Origin: Eledone cirrhosa
Lineage: Eukaryota
Assembly: GCA_964016885.1 (NCBI GenBank)
Contig: OZ024747.1
Coordinates: forward strand, 58,652,001 to 58,716,000
Length of the DNA stretch: 64,000 bases
Reading direction: 5' to 3'
The notes below the pieces were generated by a model. That model worked only from the letters and a program-made list of their open reading frames with translations, had not been told where the DNA came from and did not search any database. Positions within the stretch are counted from its first letter, which is position 1. Each line of letters begins with the position of its first letter. A program made the position numbers and the translations under genes. This document shows positions 13,604-27,074 of this stretch, one piece after another.

Positions 13604-15092
13604 TTATGCTTTGTATCTGGGGCTATGCTAAAAGTTAAATTAGAAAATATGTTGAGCTAAACACATTTTAATACACATGTTTATACACGTATTTTTGGTA
13701 TATATGACTATATATAAACGACAATTATCCAACAGTAATGCAGATATTATATCAAGATGCACGAACAATCCCAGTCTAACAGTAAAAATATTCATTGTCC
13801 TTGGTTAATGAGTGTGAATGTATCGTCTAATGGTCTGTTGAACAATATTCATTATGTACATCACCGCTAGAATGGGTTTGTATAACGTTTACTGTTTATA
13901 TGTTTCACATATGATTGGTTCAACTGATAAAGATCAATACATTAAATACCAGACAAGAAACAATTAGTTACTGTGGCCAACATGATTGATGAAAACACTT
14001 GAATATGATGTTCAAATATCACCGCAGTCAATGCCGGAGTAACGTTCGGTATTTATTTATTTAAACGGTTTAAACATCCGTATAGAGTTAATAAGCCATG
14101 GCATAGTAAGGGAAGTATCGAGTACTCCTTACAGATTGTAATACAAAAGAGCTAGGGAGATAAGTAATAAAAATTAAATTAAGGAAAGAAAAAAAAAGGG
14201 AAAGAATAAATGAAAATTAAAATATCAAATATTGAAGGCCATTGGGAGGCTGATTATGCATAGGAAAACGAAAAAGAAAAGGAAAAGGAATATAGGAACC
14301 AACGGAAGCTGTAAAACAGCTAGAAGTTTCTCTTGTTAAATCTTTTCGTAGATTCCATGTACTCAAACATTTTATTTATATTTGGTAGACCTTCCAATGT
14401 TGCTGGTTGTTTTAACGATGGAGTATCAATATGGTCTCAGTAAGTCCCTAAACTATATAAATGCTAAAGGTCCGTCTTTAAAGGAAACTAGGAAACTACA
14501 CCAGAAAGTTTCACAAAAATAGTACAACGTATGTTTTATTTTATTCTTCTCTAATCCTTCTCTACTTGAGACCCTAAAATGTTTTTTTTCCTTTATGGTT
14601 ACTCATAGGTTAATCACCGTCCAATGAATGAATCCAGCAAAACTGTAGGAGTTAAAGTGTAACCTATTTACAGTTATATCCATGTGGACAACATGGCTTC
14701 TTACCTGACACAAATATATTTGTGGATTCCTTTAAAGAAACCATTTCAGTTAATATGCAAATTGCTGTATAATGCTGCTAGATAATTTAACACCTGCAAA
14801 ATGTACAGCTTTCCCGCTAAATATAAGTAAAAGGATAAATCTTTTAGAAATAGGCACATCTCGGTTTCTAATGTGTAGATATGTAGTATCAACAAATGGC
14901 TAGGCTTACGCTTCAACATGCCATCAACTCAGATAACTGTAAAACTACATCTACATGTAATCCTCTTATCCTAATATATAAACGTCTAATCTCGGAGAAA
15001 TCACCCACATAATAACACGAACATATGCTATTACATTATAAAAATCATACATTCAACGCATACACATAATACACAAACACACACACACACAT

Positions 15093-15123
<31 letters not shown>

Positions 15124-15278
15124 GTACACATATATACAAGCAGACACATATACATGTATCTATATGTGTATATATACATACATGCATACATACATGCCTA
15201 CATACAAACATAGATACATATATGCTTACATACATACGTGCATACGTACATACATATGTACATACGTACATACATATA

Positions 15279-16630
15279 TGTCAAAATAATAACATCATCA
15301 CAGATGAACAAGCAGCTGGAAAGAAAGGGGTTCGGGGATGTGCTGAACAACTCCTAATCAACAAGACTGCGATGTCGGAGGTGCGACAACTTAGGAGGAA
15401 TATGGCTACAGTCTGGCTGGACTACAGGAAAGCTTTCGATTATGTACTGTTGGATGATAGAGGCCCTCCAAATTGCTAAAGTCCCAGACATCATTATCAG
15501 AGCCATAGAGAAGCTGTCTTCTTGGGCTACTATTCTAAAGTTAAAGACAGAGAAGGAGGACTCTATTTTCACTGATAAAATAAAATATCGCAGGGGTATA
15601 TTTCAGGGAGACATTCTCTCTGTGATATTATTCATCCTGTCATTAAACCCCTTGTCCTTTCTGCTCAAGAAATGTGAAGGATACATCATTGGCTCACAGG
15701 ACAGAAATACGAACCTAACCCATAATTTCTTTGTGGATGATCTGAAACTCTATGCCAAGAACATGGATGGGATGAAGAAAAATCTTGACCTGGTTACAAT
15801 GTTCTCAAAGGATATAGGAATGGAATTTGGCCATAAATGCTCATATATGACTGCAAAGTGGGGGGAAAACCACAACCCGATCTAGCAACATTGTCATCAA
15901 TGGCCTAACTGTTTCACCGATATATGATGAGAACTGCTACAGATACCTGGGGATAGGTGAGAACATATCCTATAATGGTATCTGTAATAAGGAACGCGTA
16001 ACCAGGGAATACTACATCCGATTAAGAAATATAAGATCATCGGAATTCGGCATAACAGACCATATATTATGATATAGGATAGCGAAAAGAAGGCATGCAC
16101 AGTCGTGGAAGTTAGCTGCCCAGCAGATGCCAATTTAATATCAAAGATTATCGAAAAGGAGAATATTTATGCAGAACTGATGAGAAATCTGCAGATACTC
16201 CACCCTGATTATACTTTCAGATTTATGCCTGTGATTATTGGGGCACTGGGGTATGTTAGTAACTGCCTCAATACAAATCTTGAGAAGCTGGGATTGACAT
16301 GAACAGAAAGAACACAACTAGTTTGGAAATTACAAGTACAATACATTAATGAAACAGTATAAATATGTAAAACATTCCAAAAATGTTGCATCTAATAACT
16401 ACATATACACTTATACAGATACTAAACATATACACATGCACACATACAACTCAAAACATACACATCCATACATACAATAACATCCATATCTACACATGCA
16501 TGCATGCAGACATACATATATATCTACCTAGTTGATGTGCAAATTCCAATGAGGGAGTCTTGTGTCTATGTTAGAAACCGACTCTCTCTCTATTGGCAAA
16601 AATTTGTGAAATTATAAAACCAGAAGAACA
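15279..16630 (+). mobile_element. R4/Dong-clade non-LTR retrotransposon remnant (RT plus restriction-like endonuclease, internally deleted, frameshifted)
   Basis: EQAAGKKGVRGCAEQLLIN, WLDYRKAFD, RRGIFQGDILS and FFVDDLKLYA (RT). HNRP.I..VEVSCPAD..EKENIY..PVIIGALG (PD-(D/E)xK REL). 3' UTR runs to ~16630, flanked by (ACAT)n. Confidence 0.9.
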
Positions 16631-16639
16631 TACATACAA

Positions 16640-17465
16640 TTTAAAGAGAGAGTCGTGCAGGGGGTGCCTGAGACGAATAATACAGACCATAGAGGGAATA
16701 CATCATTCAAAAAGACTAGCATGGAGTACCGACAAGTTTATGACATCTCACCTTGAAGGATACGCCTATGCAATACAGGAACAAGAAATCCCTACCAAAT
16801 ATCTGCTACACAAAAGAGGAGGGCCACCAGTCGACAATAAATTGTAAAACAAATATCAATGTTGTTAGCCACATTGTTGCCAACTGGGAAAGAATGTTGT
16901 CTCGCTACTACCTCCCTATGTGGCACGATGTTCTTGGAGCGCTCCTATGAAACAAAATTAAAAACAAACGAGGAGGAATATGTTGAGATAGATGATTCTA
17001 AAGAATAATGGTGGAATCTGAAAATAAAAACTGCCACTAAATTAAAGCAGAACCGGCCTGATATTGTTGTTTGGGACCACACATTGAAAACTTGCTCTGT
17101 TGTAGAGATCAGCTGCCCACTTAATGTCAACGTTATAAGAAAAATACAAGAGAAGGAGGACATCTACGGGCCATTGATGAGGAGTTTGCAGATCCAGTAT
17201 CCAAGATACACATTCAGCTTCATACCTATTATTGAAGCTACAGGTTATTTACCAACTTTCTTGGACCAAAGTATAACTGAACTTGGATTTGTGGACAAAG
17301 AGCGCAGCTCCCTAATTCATAGACTACAGATGGCTGTGATAGCTGGCACCTTCAAAATGTAAAAAAACATCTTTGCGATTCAAAGGATGACAATTTATTT
17401 TCTTTTACAACTTTGTCACCAGGAAGGTGGCCGGTCAAAAATGTATCCGAAATTAAGAGAAACAT
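16640..17465 (+). mobile_element. Second, divergent R4/Dong-clade 3' fragment (zinc knuckle plus REL endonuclease)
   Basis: SHLEGYAYAIQEQEIPTKY, HIVAN..RYYLPMWHD and NRPDIVVWD..VEISCPLN..QEKEDIY. Followed by ACAT-type repeats. Confidence 0.85.
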
Positions 17466-18789
17466 AAATACATAGAAACATAAATACATAGATACATTCG
17501 TATTTTATGTGTTCGAAATCTTATCAGTTTGTGATGTGTTCTCGAAGGAAACACGTGACGCTGAACTCACTATTTCAGTTGACTCAAATTCTACGTTCAC
17601 TGGAATCCGAGCAACATGGCTTGCCTGGCGTTCAAACAGTCTGTTACTGCGGCGCAATGTATTTTGTAGCTCATTTGACCTGGAATGTTCTTATTCGTAA
17701 TAGGATCCGTTTAGTTAATAAGGTGCAACAAAATATTTCGAACATATAGGGAATTGATTTCAGATGCTCAAGGGCGTTGGTAGAAATGGTTTACCCCATA
17801 CATATCCACTATTTACATACTGAGTTCATATGAACCAAGGTCAAGTTTGCCTTACTTCCTTCTTGGGTGTCTATGAAACAAAATACCAGTATAGTGCTGA
17901 GGTCGTTATAATTGCCTTTCCTCTTTCCCAAATTAGAAACTATGATATTCAAAAATTATATATTTCTCCTGTTTATCTCAATATCTGTGAAGTTAAGAAA
18001 CAATACTTAATAGAAATGTGGTGTTTGGTGGGATATATTTACGAGTATATGGGGACTGTGAAAAGTAAGGAAATATCTGAAATCAATGCTTGTGCATAGA
18101 AATAAGCCTTTAACTCACTACTGCTTTAGGACCAGATAGCGCTGATTTCGTGGTTACACAAAAACTGTTCATTTATACACATACCTCACTCATAAAACAG
18201 CTACAAGGATTTGGTATCAACATAATCAAGTGACGACTGAGGTATTGTTACATTATTGTAGTACTGGCAATTAGTTGCTGTAAGATTCTTTTAACTCACA
18301 TCGTATAATCTTACAAAATGAAAAACCTATTCAATTATGTAGTCCCTAATGTAAAAATATGTGCGTGGGGGAGAGAGGGGGAGAGAATGAACATGGCATG
18401 GCTGGAATTTCCTGTCATTGTTCATCCATTTTCTGCATCAGGGCTGGCAACAAACAAGAACAGCAGCAACAACAAAAGCGATATTGAATACAACTCATAC
18501 AAAAGGTCCTTTTAAGTGCAGTTTTTTTAGTGCATTTATTTAGCATATCCACATACGTCTCCATGATGTATAGCACACCCATCTTTCCAATGTTATGTTC
18601 TCTGGTTCCACTGGATGACGTTTGTAGTAAAATAAATAGGACGTGGTAAATCCCCCCACCCCACCACTCTTGTACGATCAGCCCTTTCTTTACTTTTTCG
18701 ATGGAAGAAACAGTATGAATTGGCAGCATAAATAACTTTGAATGAAGATAGATAAACTGGTAGGAGAGTGAAAGAAAGATTGATCTTAA

Positions 18790-18935
18790 TATTTGATTGG
18801 TACTTTATTTAGCGACCCCAGACAAATGAAATGCATCGTTTACTTTGTTGGGATTTGAACTCAAATCTCAAAGACCCGGAACAATTAAATTAAAGTAAGG
18901 CATATACCTGACAATCAAATGACTCTGCAAATGAA
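18790..18935 (-). mobile_element. Old SINE family M copy
   Basis: ttggtactttatt..cgacccc..atgaaa..ggatttgaactca. Confidence 0.65.
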
Positions 18936-19389
18936 CCACCTTATAAGGGGTGAATGTGTGACTAAACTATTTACTGAAGAGTTTCGTGTTGTTTGGCCAA
19001 ATATCAGCCCTGATTGAGTAGACCACTTTTTTAATGACATTTCAAGTTAGAACAATTTCCTTTTGTTCAGACAAAATTTATATTCGGTTATATTGCCAAA
19101 TATATCGTTCTTCTTTAAAAAGTAAGGCGTATTTGATGTGAGCAATATATGGTTTTATTTGAGGGATTTTTGCAGGTTCAGCAATCCCCTTATTTTTGCA
19201 GGTTCAGCTTCATGGCCATATAAATAGGAGACGTTTAAAGGGAAGATGTGAGAAGGGTAGATTGATAGCTCTTAAGAGGAGGTGATATGCAGATTTGTAT
19301 TTAGAATATCAGATTCTCAATATAGAATTCTCCGTTTCTCGCGAGATACTAGTTAATATAAGCTATTGTTTTGTTAGTTACAGTGTATA

Positions 19390-19620
19390 AGCCAACAACT
19401 CTCGTAAGCAGGGGCAATTGCACCGGGGCCCTTTACAGCTACGATTTTTTGAATTTAATACCTGTATGCATAACCTTTAAATTCCAGTTACTAGCTCCAA
19501 ACTGACTTTGATATGTCAAATTGGAGGCAGAGGTGTTTTCTATTCACCTTTGTGTATGAACCTGCCCCCTCCCCCAAGCACGAAGTGCCCCGGGCGCCTA
19601 AGGTCTAAATCCAACTCTAC
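19390..19620. mobile_element. Possible degraded MITE (PIF/Harbinger-like)
   Basis: GC-rich subterminal motifs gcaccggggccc and gccccgggcgcc..taaatcc near the two ends. No clear TIR or TSD. Confidence 0.3.
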
Positions 19621-20207
19621 TCGAACGACTATAAATATTAACATTCAATTCTCATTTTCTCATGTTTCATATCTTATACAATCCATATTATGATTACCTC
19701 GTTTCCATTCTCCCTAATATAATTTATTTACTATTGTTGTTATGCCAGTGAACGAGGTATCAGTGATGTTGTTAAACTGCTCCCATCTGACCTAGAACAG
19801 TATTTTTCAATAAACATAAACTATTCCCACAATTCTAGTCTATATTAATGCATGTATTATGTAAATTTAGAACTGATTTCAATATAAACTTTACGAGGGA
19901 ACGGAGCCTATATGGAATAATTGATAGATTAAGAAAAGGCAAATTAGCGGAGAAGGCGGCGTATGAAATATCGCCAACGGCATTATGTTGTTTAAGCGAA
20001 CGATATACTGAGATAGTGGGGATTTTGGAGGAACCCAGGTACAGAACAGAAAAATCTAGATATAGTTTGGTATTTCTCAGTGAATGGACCAATGATGTCT
20101 GGGGATAGAGAAAGTTGTCAATGCTAACAAATAGATTTTCTTTAGAAGTGTTATATAAAAGCACTGAAGATAAATACTCCTAAAATGATACACTTCGCTG
20201 TAAAATA

Positions 20208-20505
20208 TTGATTTCTACTTTTGGCACAAGGCCAGCATTTTGAAGGGAAGGGAAAATCGATTAAATCGACCCCAGTGCGTTACAGGTACTTTATGTTATC
20301 GACCCCGAAAGGATGAAAGGCAAGGTTAACCTCTGTCTTTCACTGTTAAATAATGGTTTATGATTTAAGCAGAAGTCCAACAATTTTCGGAAAGAGTAAA
20401 GTCGATTAAATCGACCCTAGTTCTTTACTGGTACTTTATTTCATTGACCCCATAACGATGAAATGTAAAGCCAACTCGCCGGAATTTGAAATCAGAACGT
20501 TAAGC
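20208..20505 (-). mobile_element. Two adjacent older-subfamily SINE M fragments
   Basis: 20208-20333 and 20357-20505 both show tcgattaaatcgaccc..ggtactttat..gacccc..gatgaaa. Confidence 0.75.
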
Positions 20506-20807
20506 GTAGATTCATGACCATGCCTTTATATTGACAACAATAAAACAATATAGATTATGAACGATTACATATTCTAAGGACTCAACACTATATATATTTA
20601 AGTATTAGTTTTCACTGTGAAATCATCGAGTTCTATAAGGATCCTTTCTTCAGCTAAAGATATCGATCGAAACGATCGATTTGATTATTTCATAACTCAT
20701 CAGAATGTTAATTAATTGGGAAAATAATTTAAAAGTATAATTAATTTCTGTCTGGATGAAGGGAGGTAATTGTGCATAAACAAATTACACTGCTACCAAA
20801 AAATATT

Positions 20808-20985
20808 TGTTTCTACTTTAGGCACAAGGCCAGCAATTACTCAGTACATTACTGGTACTTTATTTTATCGACCCCGTAAGGATGAAAGGCAAAGTTAACC
20901 TCGGCGGCATTTGAACTCAGACTGTAAAGGGACGTAACTATGCTAGAAAGCATGGCGTCCGACCCTCTACCGATACGCCAATCCA
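20808..20985 (-). mobile_element. SINE family M, near full length
   Basis: Reverse complement of the 56203-56389 type. Confidence 0.9.
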
Positions 20986-21358
20986 TAGTTTCAACATATC
21001 CATTCTGAAAGTACACGGTAAATTTAGAAACCTCGCGACTTTGCTCGCACAAATTGTATCATCACTATGCAAAAGCAGACACGACACGAACGCTTTCTAT
21101 TTTAATGCTATATCGTATTTAGTTCTCGTCAATATTTGTCCTAACATATCTTGTTTTCGTTGTATGATATATTTTTCCTTATTTTATTTGACTTCTGTTT
21201 TACATTTCATAGTTTATCTTATATCTTTATTGTTCACTTATCCACGTCTTAACATAAATATCTTAACTTGCCTTATCTTGCGCTATTTTATCCGATCTTA
21301 TCCAACATATACATATTGTGAATATATATATATATATTTATATGGGGGATATTTAGAG

Positions 21359-21423
<65 letters not shown>

Positions 21424-22073
21424 GTTATTTATATGTATACATATAAATATACATGTATATGTGTATGTATGTATATATATATATATATATATGCACATAT
21501 CCATATATATATATGTGTGTGCTGAGTATATGTTTGTGAGAGTGTGGTACATTTATCCAGCAGAAACGCAGATATGCAACTAGAGCAGCCATAAAAACAC
21601 ATGCACGCGATTTAATCCTTCAATACAAACACAAACGTCGACTATTAATCGAAATAAGCACGTATGTGTATAATCTACCTATACGTATGCATATATATAT
21701 ATATATATCTGTGTGCTATTGAAACACATCACTCTTACACACATGTATGTATATATATATATATATATTTATGTGTGTTTGTGTGTGTGTGTGTGTGTAT
21801 AATGTGTGTGTAAATATAAATTTGTGTGTGTGTGTGTAGGTGTGTAAATATATATATTTCTATGTATATATATGTGTGTGTGTTTGTGTGTGTGTCTAAG
21901 CATACATACAGTAAAGATCTAATCTTACACATATCTAATCCTCAAAAATAAACAATGCCGTGATGCTATTTGGTGTGCAATGGAGGGTTATATAGAGAGA
22001 GATTTAATCTATACTATGAATTTTACTCATATATATATACCCATGAACACATATACGCCAAACTATTACTACT

Positions 22074-22156
<83 letters not shown>

Positions 22157-22199
22157 ATTACATATATATATATATATATATATACATACATATACATAT

Positions 22200-22319
<120 letters not shown>

Positions 22320-22367
22320 TACATATATATATACATATTACATATATATATATATATATACATATAG

Positions 22368-22398
<31 letters not shown>

Positions 22399-22403
22399 TA
22401 TAC

Positions 22404-22459
<56 letters not shown>

Positions 22460-22566
22460 TCTCAGATTTACGCAAACAAACACGATGAGAAGTAAACTAA
22501 AGCAATGGATAAACTATTATACTGAATAGTAAAAGGAAGCAAGTTCGATATATGTTGGGTCATAAT

Positions 22567-22748
22567 TGTGTCTACTTTTGGCACAAGGCCAGCAATCATC
22601 CAGTGCATTACTGGTACTTTATTTTATCGACCCCGTAAGGATGAAACGCAAAGTTAACCTCGGCGGGATTTGAACTCATATCATACAGGGAGGTAACTCT
22701 ATGCTTCAAAGCATGGCGTCCGACCCTCTACCGATACTGCCAATCCAC
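22567..22748 (-). mobile_element. SINE family M inserted in the first unit of a 60-bp array
   Basis: Family match. It splits gggtcataat|gaattgg. Confidence 0.9.
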
Positions 22749-23320
22749 AATGAATTGGTTTATTTTAGCCCACTGTTCCTTTTTGGTAATCTAATTTATT
22801 GTGGGTCATAATGAATTAGATTATATTATCCCACTGTTCCCTTTGTAAATCTAATTTGTTGTGGGTGATAATCAATTGGTTTATGATATCCCACTGTTCC
22901 CTTTGGAAATCTAATTTATTGCGTGTCATAATGAATTGGTTTATGTTATCCCACTGTTTCCTTTGGAAATCTAATTTGTTGTGGATCATAATGAATTGGT
23001 TTATGCTATCCCACTATACCCTTTGGAAATCTAATTTGTTGTGGATCATAATGAATTGGTTTATGTTATCCCACTATTCCCTTTGGAAATCTAATTTGTT
23101 CTGGATCATAATGAATTGGTTTATGTTATCCCACTATTCCCTTTGGAAATCTAATTTGTTGTGGGTCATAATGAATTGGTTTATGTTATCCCACTGTTCC
23201 CTTTGTAAATTTAATTTGCTGTGGGTCATAATGAATTGGATTATGTAATCCCACTGTTCCCTTTTGACAATCTAATTTGTTTTGAATCAAAAGGAATTGA
23301 TTTATTTTAGCCCACTGTTC
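22749..23320. repeat. 60-bp tandem repeat, about 9.5 copies
   Basis: Unit ataatgaattggtttatgttatcccactgttccctttggaaatctaatttgttgtgggtc aligns line to line. Confidence 0.95.
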
Positions 23321-23374
23321 GTTTTTAATTATATTAAAACATACATACATACATTCATGTTTCACTTATTTCAG

Positions 23375-23600
23375 TGAAGGCGCATGGTTTACAGGTTAAG
23401 TTGTTTGGCTGACGATCAAAATGACGTGGGTTTGATTCTCAGAGAAACATTATGTTTATGACGATCCACATCACTCAGTGGGATAAAGCTATTTCTACCT
23501 GTGATTCAATGGACTAACTTCATCAGATATTGTGTCACGCCGAAACTATGTTAAGGTTACACGGAATGCTCAGCTACGTATTAATAGCATTTTCATTTCA
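23375..23600 (+). mobile_element. Degraded tRNA-derived SINE
   Basis: gaaggcgcatggttta..ggtt..gggtttgattctc head resembling the CORE-type family. Confidence 0.5.
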
Positions 23601-23834
23601 TGAAAGGTTGTCCCCTTCATAAGAAAACTGGGAAAGTGACCTTATAAACTTTGACAGTTGAACAGACACGCATACCACGTGCATATATACATATATACAT
23701 GCATATACGCATATAAAAACACACTCATATATACAAGCATACATACATACAAATATACACACGCACACACACACACACATATATATATAGAGAGAGAGAT
23801 TACAGTAATCAAAGTTCAGTTTAAGTCATTTATT

Positions 23835-23881
23835 TGCTTACAATTGTTTCCTCCAAACCGAGGTTTGGATTCTTCGGAGCA
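23835..23881 (-). ncRNA. Minimal hammerhead motif (U4C variant) at the PLE 3' end
   Basis: TGCT-CCGAAGA-a TCCAAAC ctcg GTTTGGA g-GAAA-CAATTG-TA-AGCA-AATAAA. Loop 3 palindrome ACAATTGT. Confidence 0.7.
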
Positions 23882-25419
23882 GCTATTTATAACATACTTG
23901 ACCTCCTTTTCAACCCAAGAGACACATAAAACATATGCGCATATTGATCAACAGTGGGGTGACATTCATCAAATGAAATAGCATGGCAATTTACATATAA
24001 AGTGTTACATGATAAAAATAAAATAAAAACAAGAGTGAAAATAAGAATGAAAATAAAGATAAACATGAAGCGTTGGCAGTCTATGAAGATAAAGCAAGAG
24101 GAAAGTTTAGAGTAGTCAGTGTATGAAGCAATCTCCCGTGTAGCATGCACGCTTGTCTTATCTATACATGATTAGAGTGCGTCAGAATGATATTTGCAGG
24201 GTCAGGCAGTTGAAGCAGGCAATCGATCTTATTATATAGGCTGAATTATTAAGTCATTTATTCTCATACATCTGTATGATATACAGTCTCGGATGCGGGG
24301 AAACACCAAAATATCAAAAACATTCAACATACTATAAACCTTATTGTATCGTAGGCAAGGTCGTACCACTGTCCTTGCTCACACCACCACTCACATAATC
24401 CATGAGACGCAATATATATATAGAGAACACGCGTCTATCGTATAATTCGCAGTGGTTCAGCATATAGTCAAGCTATAAACCGTATCTAGTCGGTTCTTAA
24501 TTAATATATCATGCTGTCCAAATTCCGGAAGTGCCTGAATGATTAAGGGGAATTAATGCGTAAGGGGAGGTAACTAGCTAGTTATTTTAGTTACTTTACT
24601 ATGCTAAACTACATTAATGGTGATTCAAATACGTGCCTATCATGTGAAGTTATAACTAATATCTAGAGTATGGTACCCAATTATAGGTTAGAGAGTTGTT
24701 CATTAAGAAGTACAAGGGTGTATATATTAGGATGATTACCAACCATCAATTAAGGGGTGTCATATCTGAACGTTCTATAAGAGGAGTCAGACTCTCAAGT
24801 CACTGCTCCATGCAAATGTAATATAACAGTAGGACCTGGTATGGTCCCACTATTATATATGCCACCCGGTAGGCTCCGGGTCATTGCTTGCCTGCATCTC
24901 CAGTAAATCTTCGGTATTGTCCGGAGATCCGATCTCTCATATAAATGCACTAGTCTGGCCATCAGGTAATAGACAACCCCCGTCTCGAATATAAATCAAT
25001 TATGTATCACATCTCCAAGCTAGAGTGGAGTCTATTAATAGGTATTAAAGGAGTCCACATCAAGATGATTACGTGCATAATTCAATGAACTGATCGCTTA
25101 CAGTATATATTCACATAACAATACGATTATCTATCTAATGATCAATCTATCTCTTGGTGGTAATCCATGCACAGGACTATGTTATCACAGCCAGTACCGT
25201 GTCCCCAGTTTATACTAATCTTATATTTGTGCAATGCAGAATAAGTAGTCCACGGTCGAGATGTCAGTATTAGAGGTACAAGGGGGTATTCCCAGGGTAG
25301 GTGGCACTAAAATGCTGTCAGTATTATCTTTAGAGTATAGACGTGGGTGTGGATGTGAGGTGTAAGGCGTGCTGCTGATGTTAATTGCTAGGGGTGGTGC
25401 CGGTTCCAGTCTGACATTA

Positions 25420-26595
25420 TTATATATAGGGTTTAAAGTTTTGGAACGAGTGTCGGAAGCGGTGTTGGCAATTTGCGAACACTTCTGATTTTTTATTAAG
25501 GAGATTATGTTTAGAGAAGATGATAGTATGGGTCTCTAGTAGACAGAGGTTACAAAATTTATCAGGTGGTTTGTACGATGTTGCACTACCTACCACTTCC
25601 CATTTAAGTGTATATATTTTATTTTTAGTTTTTAGATAGTGTATGTAGCTAGATAGTGAAGTGGAGTTGGCTAGACTGTGTTTTTTGAAAGAGTGGAGGT
25701 GCGAATTGTATCTAGTTTTGAAGCAGTTAGAAGTGGAGCCTATGTAGGTTTCAGAAGAGCTGTTAGTTGTGACTGTACATGAGTATATGATATCCTTGGC
25801 TAAGCATTTTTTATCTAAAGGGCAGGTTCTACTTGATCTACAGTTACAATTACTCTGGGTGCTAGTCTGCCGGTTACTATGCTGTGTAGAAGTTTGGAGG
25901 TTAGCTATAGGGTTATGGTTATGCGGGTTGTGGTACGCAGCGTTAATGTTTACACTAGTGTTATTACTATTATTTCCATTGATATTACGGTTATTTGTTA
26001 TAATGTTACTTTGACTGTTATTTTGAATGTTATTTTGAAGGTTTATCGACCGTTGTGATTTAGTTTTTTGGAAGTAAGAATTAATTTTTCTTTTATTTGT
26101 ACTAGCTATGTGGTATGCTAAGTTAGGCGTAGTAGAGTATGAGATCTTAATAGTGTTTTTGTTTAAAAGGCCGTGGTACCTGTGGCCGGATGGGAAGTGT
26201 TTATCTAGTAGTGAGAAGAAAGCCCTAGGAAGGTTGGTAGAGACGTTTAAGTTGAAAGGAGGGTTGAAAAATGTATTATTTCTTCTTCTATTTCTGTTTT
26301 TTATGTCTGGTGATTTGTTTCCTTTAATGTTCCTATGGTCATTTCTGTGGTGCCGGTTACTCTTGTTGTTACAATCCCTATTAGTGTGTGTGCAGTTGCT
26401 ATTCTTATTATTAAATTTTCCCATGGACATGTTGTGTGAAATGATGTTGTAGCTATGTGTTTTTGTAGGTAGGAACTCTATCCCTGTATTATGGCCTGAT
26501 CTAGCTAATGCCTGATTATAATACTGCGAGTTATTGTTAAATGTGTTTATGTCATAGGATAGATTAGAGATTCTATTAGATACTCCCTCTATCTC
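25420..26595 (-). CDS. PLE polyprotein C-terminal part: RT thumb, linker, CxCx5C motif and GIY-YIG endonuclease
   Basis: The frame is open upstream of the listed ATG (IEGVSNRISNLS..YYNQALARSG). FNPPF..KHFP..NTIKISYS; CNCRSSRTCPL..CL; IIY..YIGST..FKTRYNSH; CNLCLLE..LLN..NCQH. No true start (truncated). Confidence 0.92.
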   Translation of the reverse strand, partial: EIEGVSNRISNLSYDINTFNNNSQYYNQALARSGHNTGIEFLPTKTHSYNIISHNMSMGKFNNKNSNCTHTNRDCNNKSNRHHRNDHRNIKGNKSPDIKNRNRRRNNTFFNPPFNLNVSTNLPRAFFSLLDKHFPSGHRYHGLLNKNTIKISYSTTPNLAYHIASTNKRKINSYFQKTKSQRSINLQNNIQNNSQSNIITNNRNINGNNSNNTSVNINAAYHNPHNHNPIANLQTSTQHSNRQTSTQSNCNCRSSRTCPLDKKCLAKDIIYSCTVTTNSSSETYIGSTSNCFKTRYNSHLHSFKKHSLANSTSLSSYIHYLKTKNKIYTLKWEVVGSATSYKPPDKFCNLCLLETHTIIFSKHNLLNKKSEVFANCQHRFRHSFQNFKPYI

Positions 26596-26676
26596 TCACT
26601 ATTTAGGGTTTGTGTATATATAATATATTACCCTCAAAGGTTTTATTGCATACATAACCATAAATAGTACGCTTAA

Positions 26677-26711
<35 letters not shown>

Positions 26712-26716
<5 letters not shown>

Positions 26717-26902
26717 CACTATCCAGATGGCCTCCAAAAATAATGGTCGCATTTTAAAAGGGTATGTCAAAGCTCATTTGTAAAACTGTTATATATTGTA
26801 TTTTGTCTGATGAAGGCATACCATAATTTAATTTGGTATCCCTGAAATATGTATAATGAAATAAATATGGTTTTATAAATATAGTTTCCATTTATTAATA
26901 TC

Positions 26903-26905
<3 letters not shown>
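26712..26905 (+). mobile_element. PLE pseudo-LTR fragment (same family as 51775-52090)
   Basis: Highly similar to 51855-52001. Ends at atcgta directly into (TA)n. Confidence 0.8.
26799..26863 (+). ncRNA. Minimal type I hammerhead ribozyme, intact core
   Basis: TATTTTGT-CTGATGA-AGGcATACCA..TGGTATcCCT-GAAA-T atgt A-TA-ATGAAATA. 8-bp stem I with two G-U pairs. Confidence 0.8.
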
Positions 26906-26970
<65 letters not shown>

Positions 26971-26974
26971 ATAT

Positions 26975-27074
26975 AACGAAGGAAGTGTGGTAAGGAACCA
27001 GGTAGACCATAATGCACCAGAATACTCAATACTTCGGGTAGTAGAGTGGGTAATAGGGAAATCATTTTCCTATA
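26975..27074 (-). mobile_element. Fold-back family H, copy D: tail plus collapsed hairpin
   Basis: Tail is homologous to 1284-1363. The hairpin is reduced to atagggaaat-c-attttcctat. Confidence 0.85.

Larger units (their letters stand above)
23800..26680 (-). mobile_element. Penelope-like retroelement, 5'-truncated (ORF 3' part, ~1.6-kb 3' UTR, hammerhead-containing pLTR)
   Basis: GIY-YIG ORF, a hammerhead motif plus AATAAA at the downstream end, and microsatellites at both boundaries. Continuity of the UTR is inferred. Confidence 0.75.

Noticed and set aside
20688-20705. CTGATGA-GTTAT-GAAA on the minus strand
   Set aside because: No room for stem II. Chance match.
22749-23320. CRISPR-like array or 130-aa repeat protein
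   Set aside because: Contiguous 60-bp units with no unique spacers, a eukaryotic context, no cas genes, and stops in flanking units.
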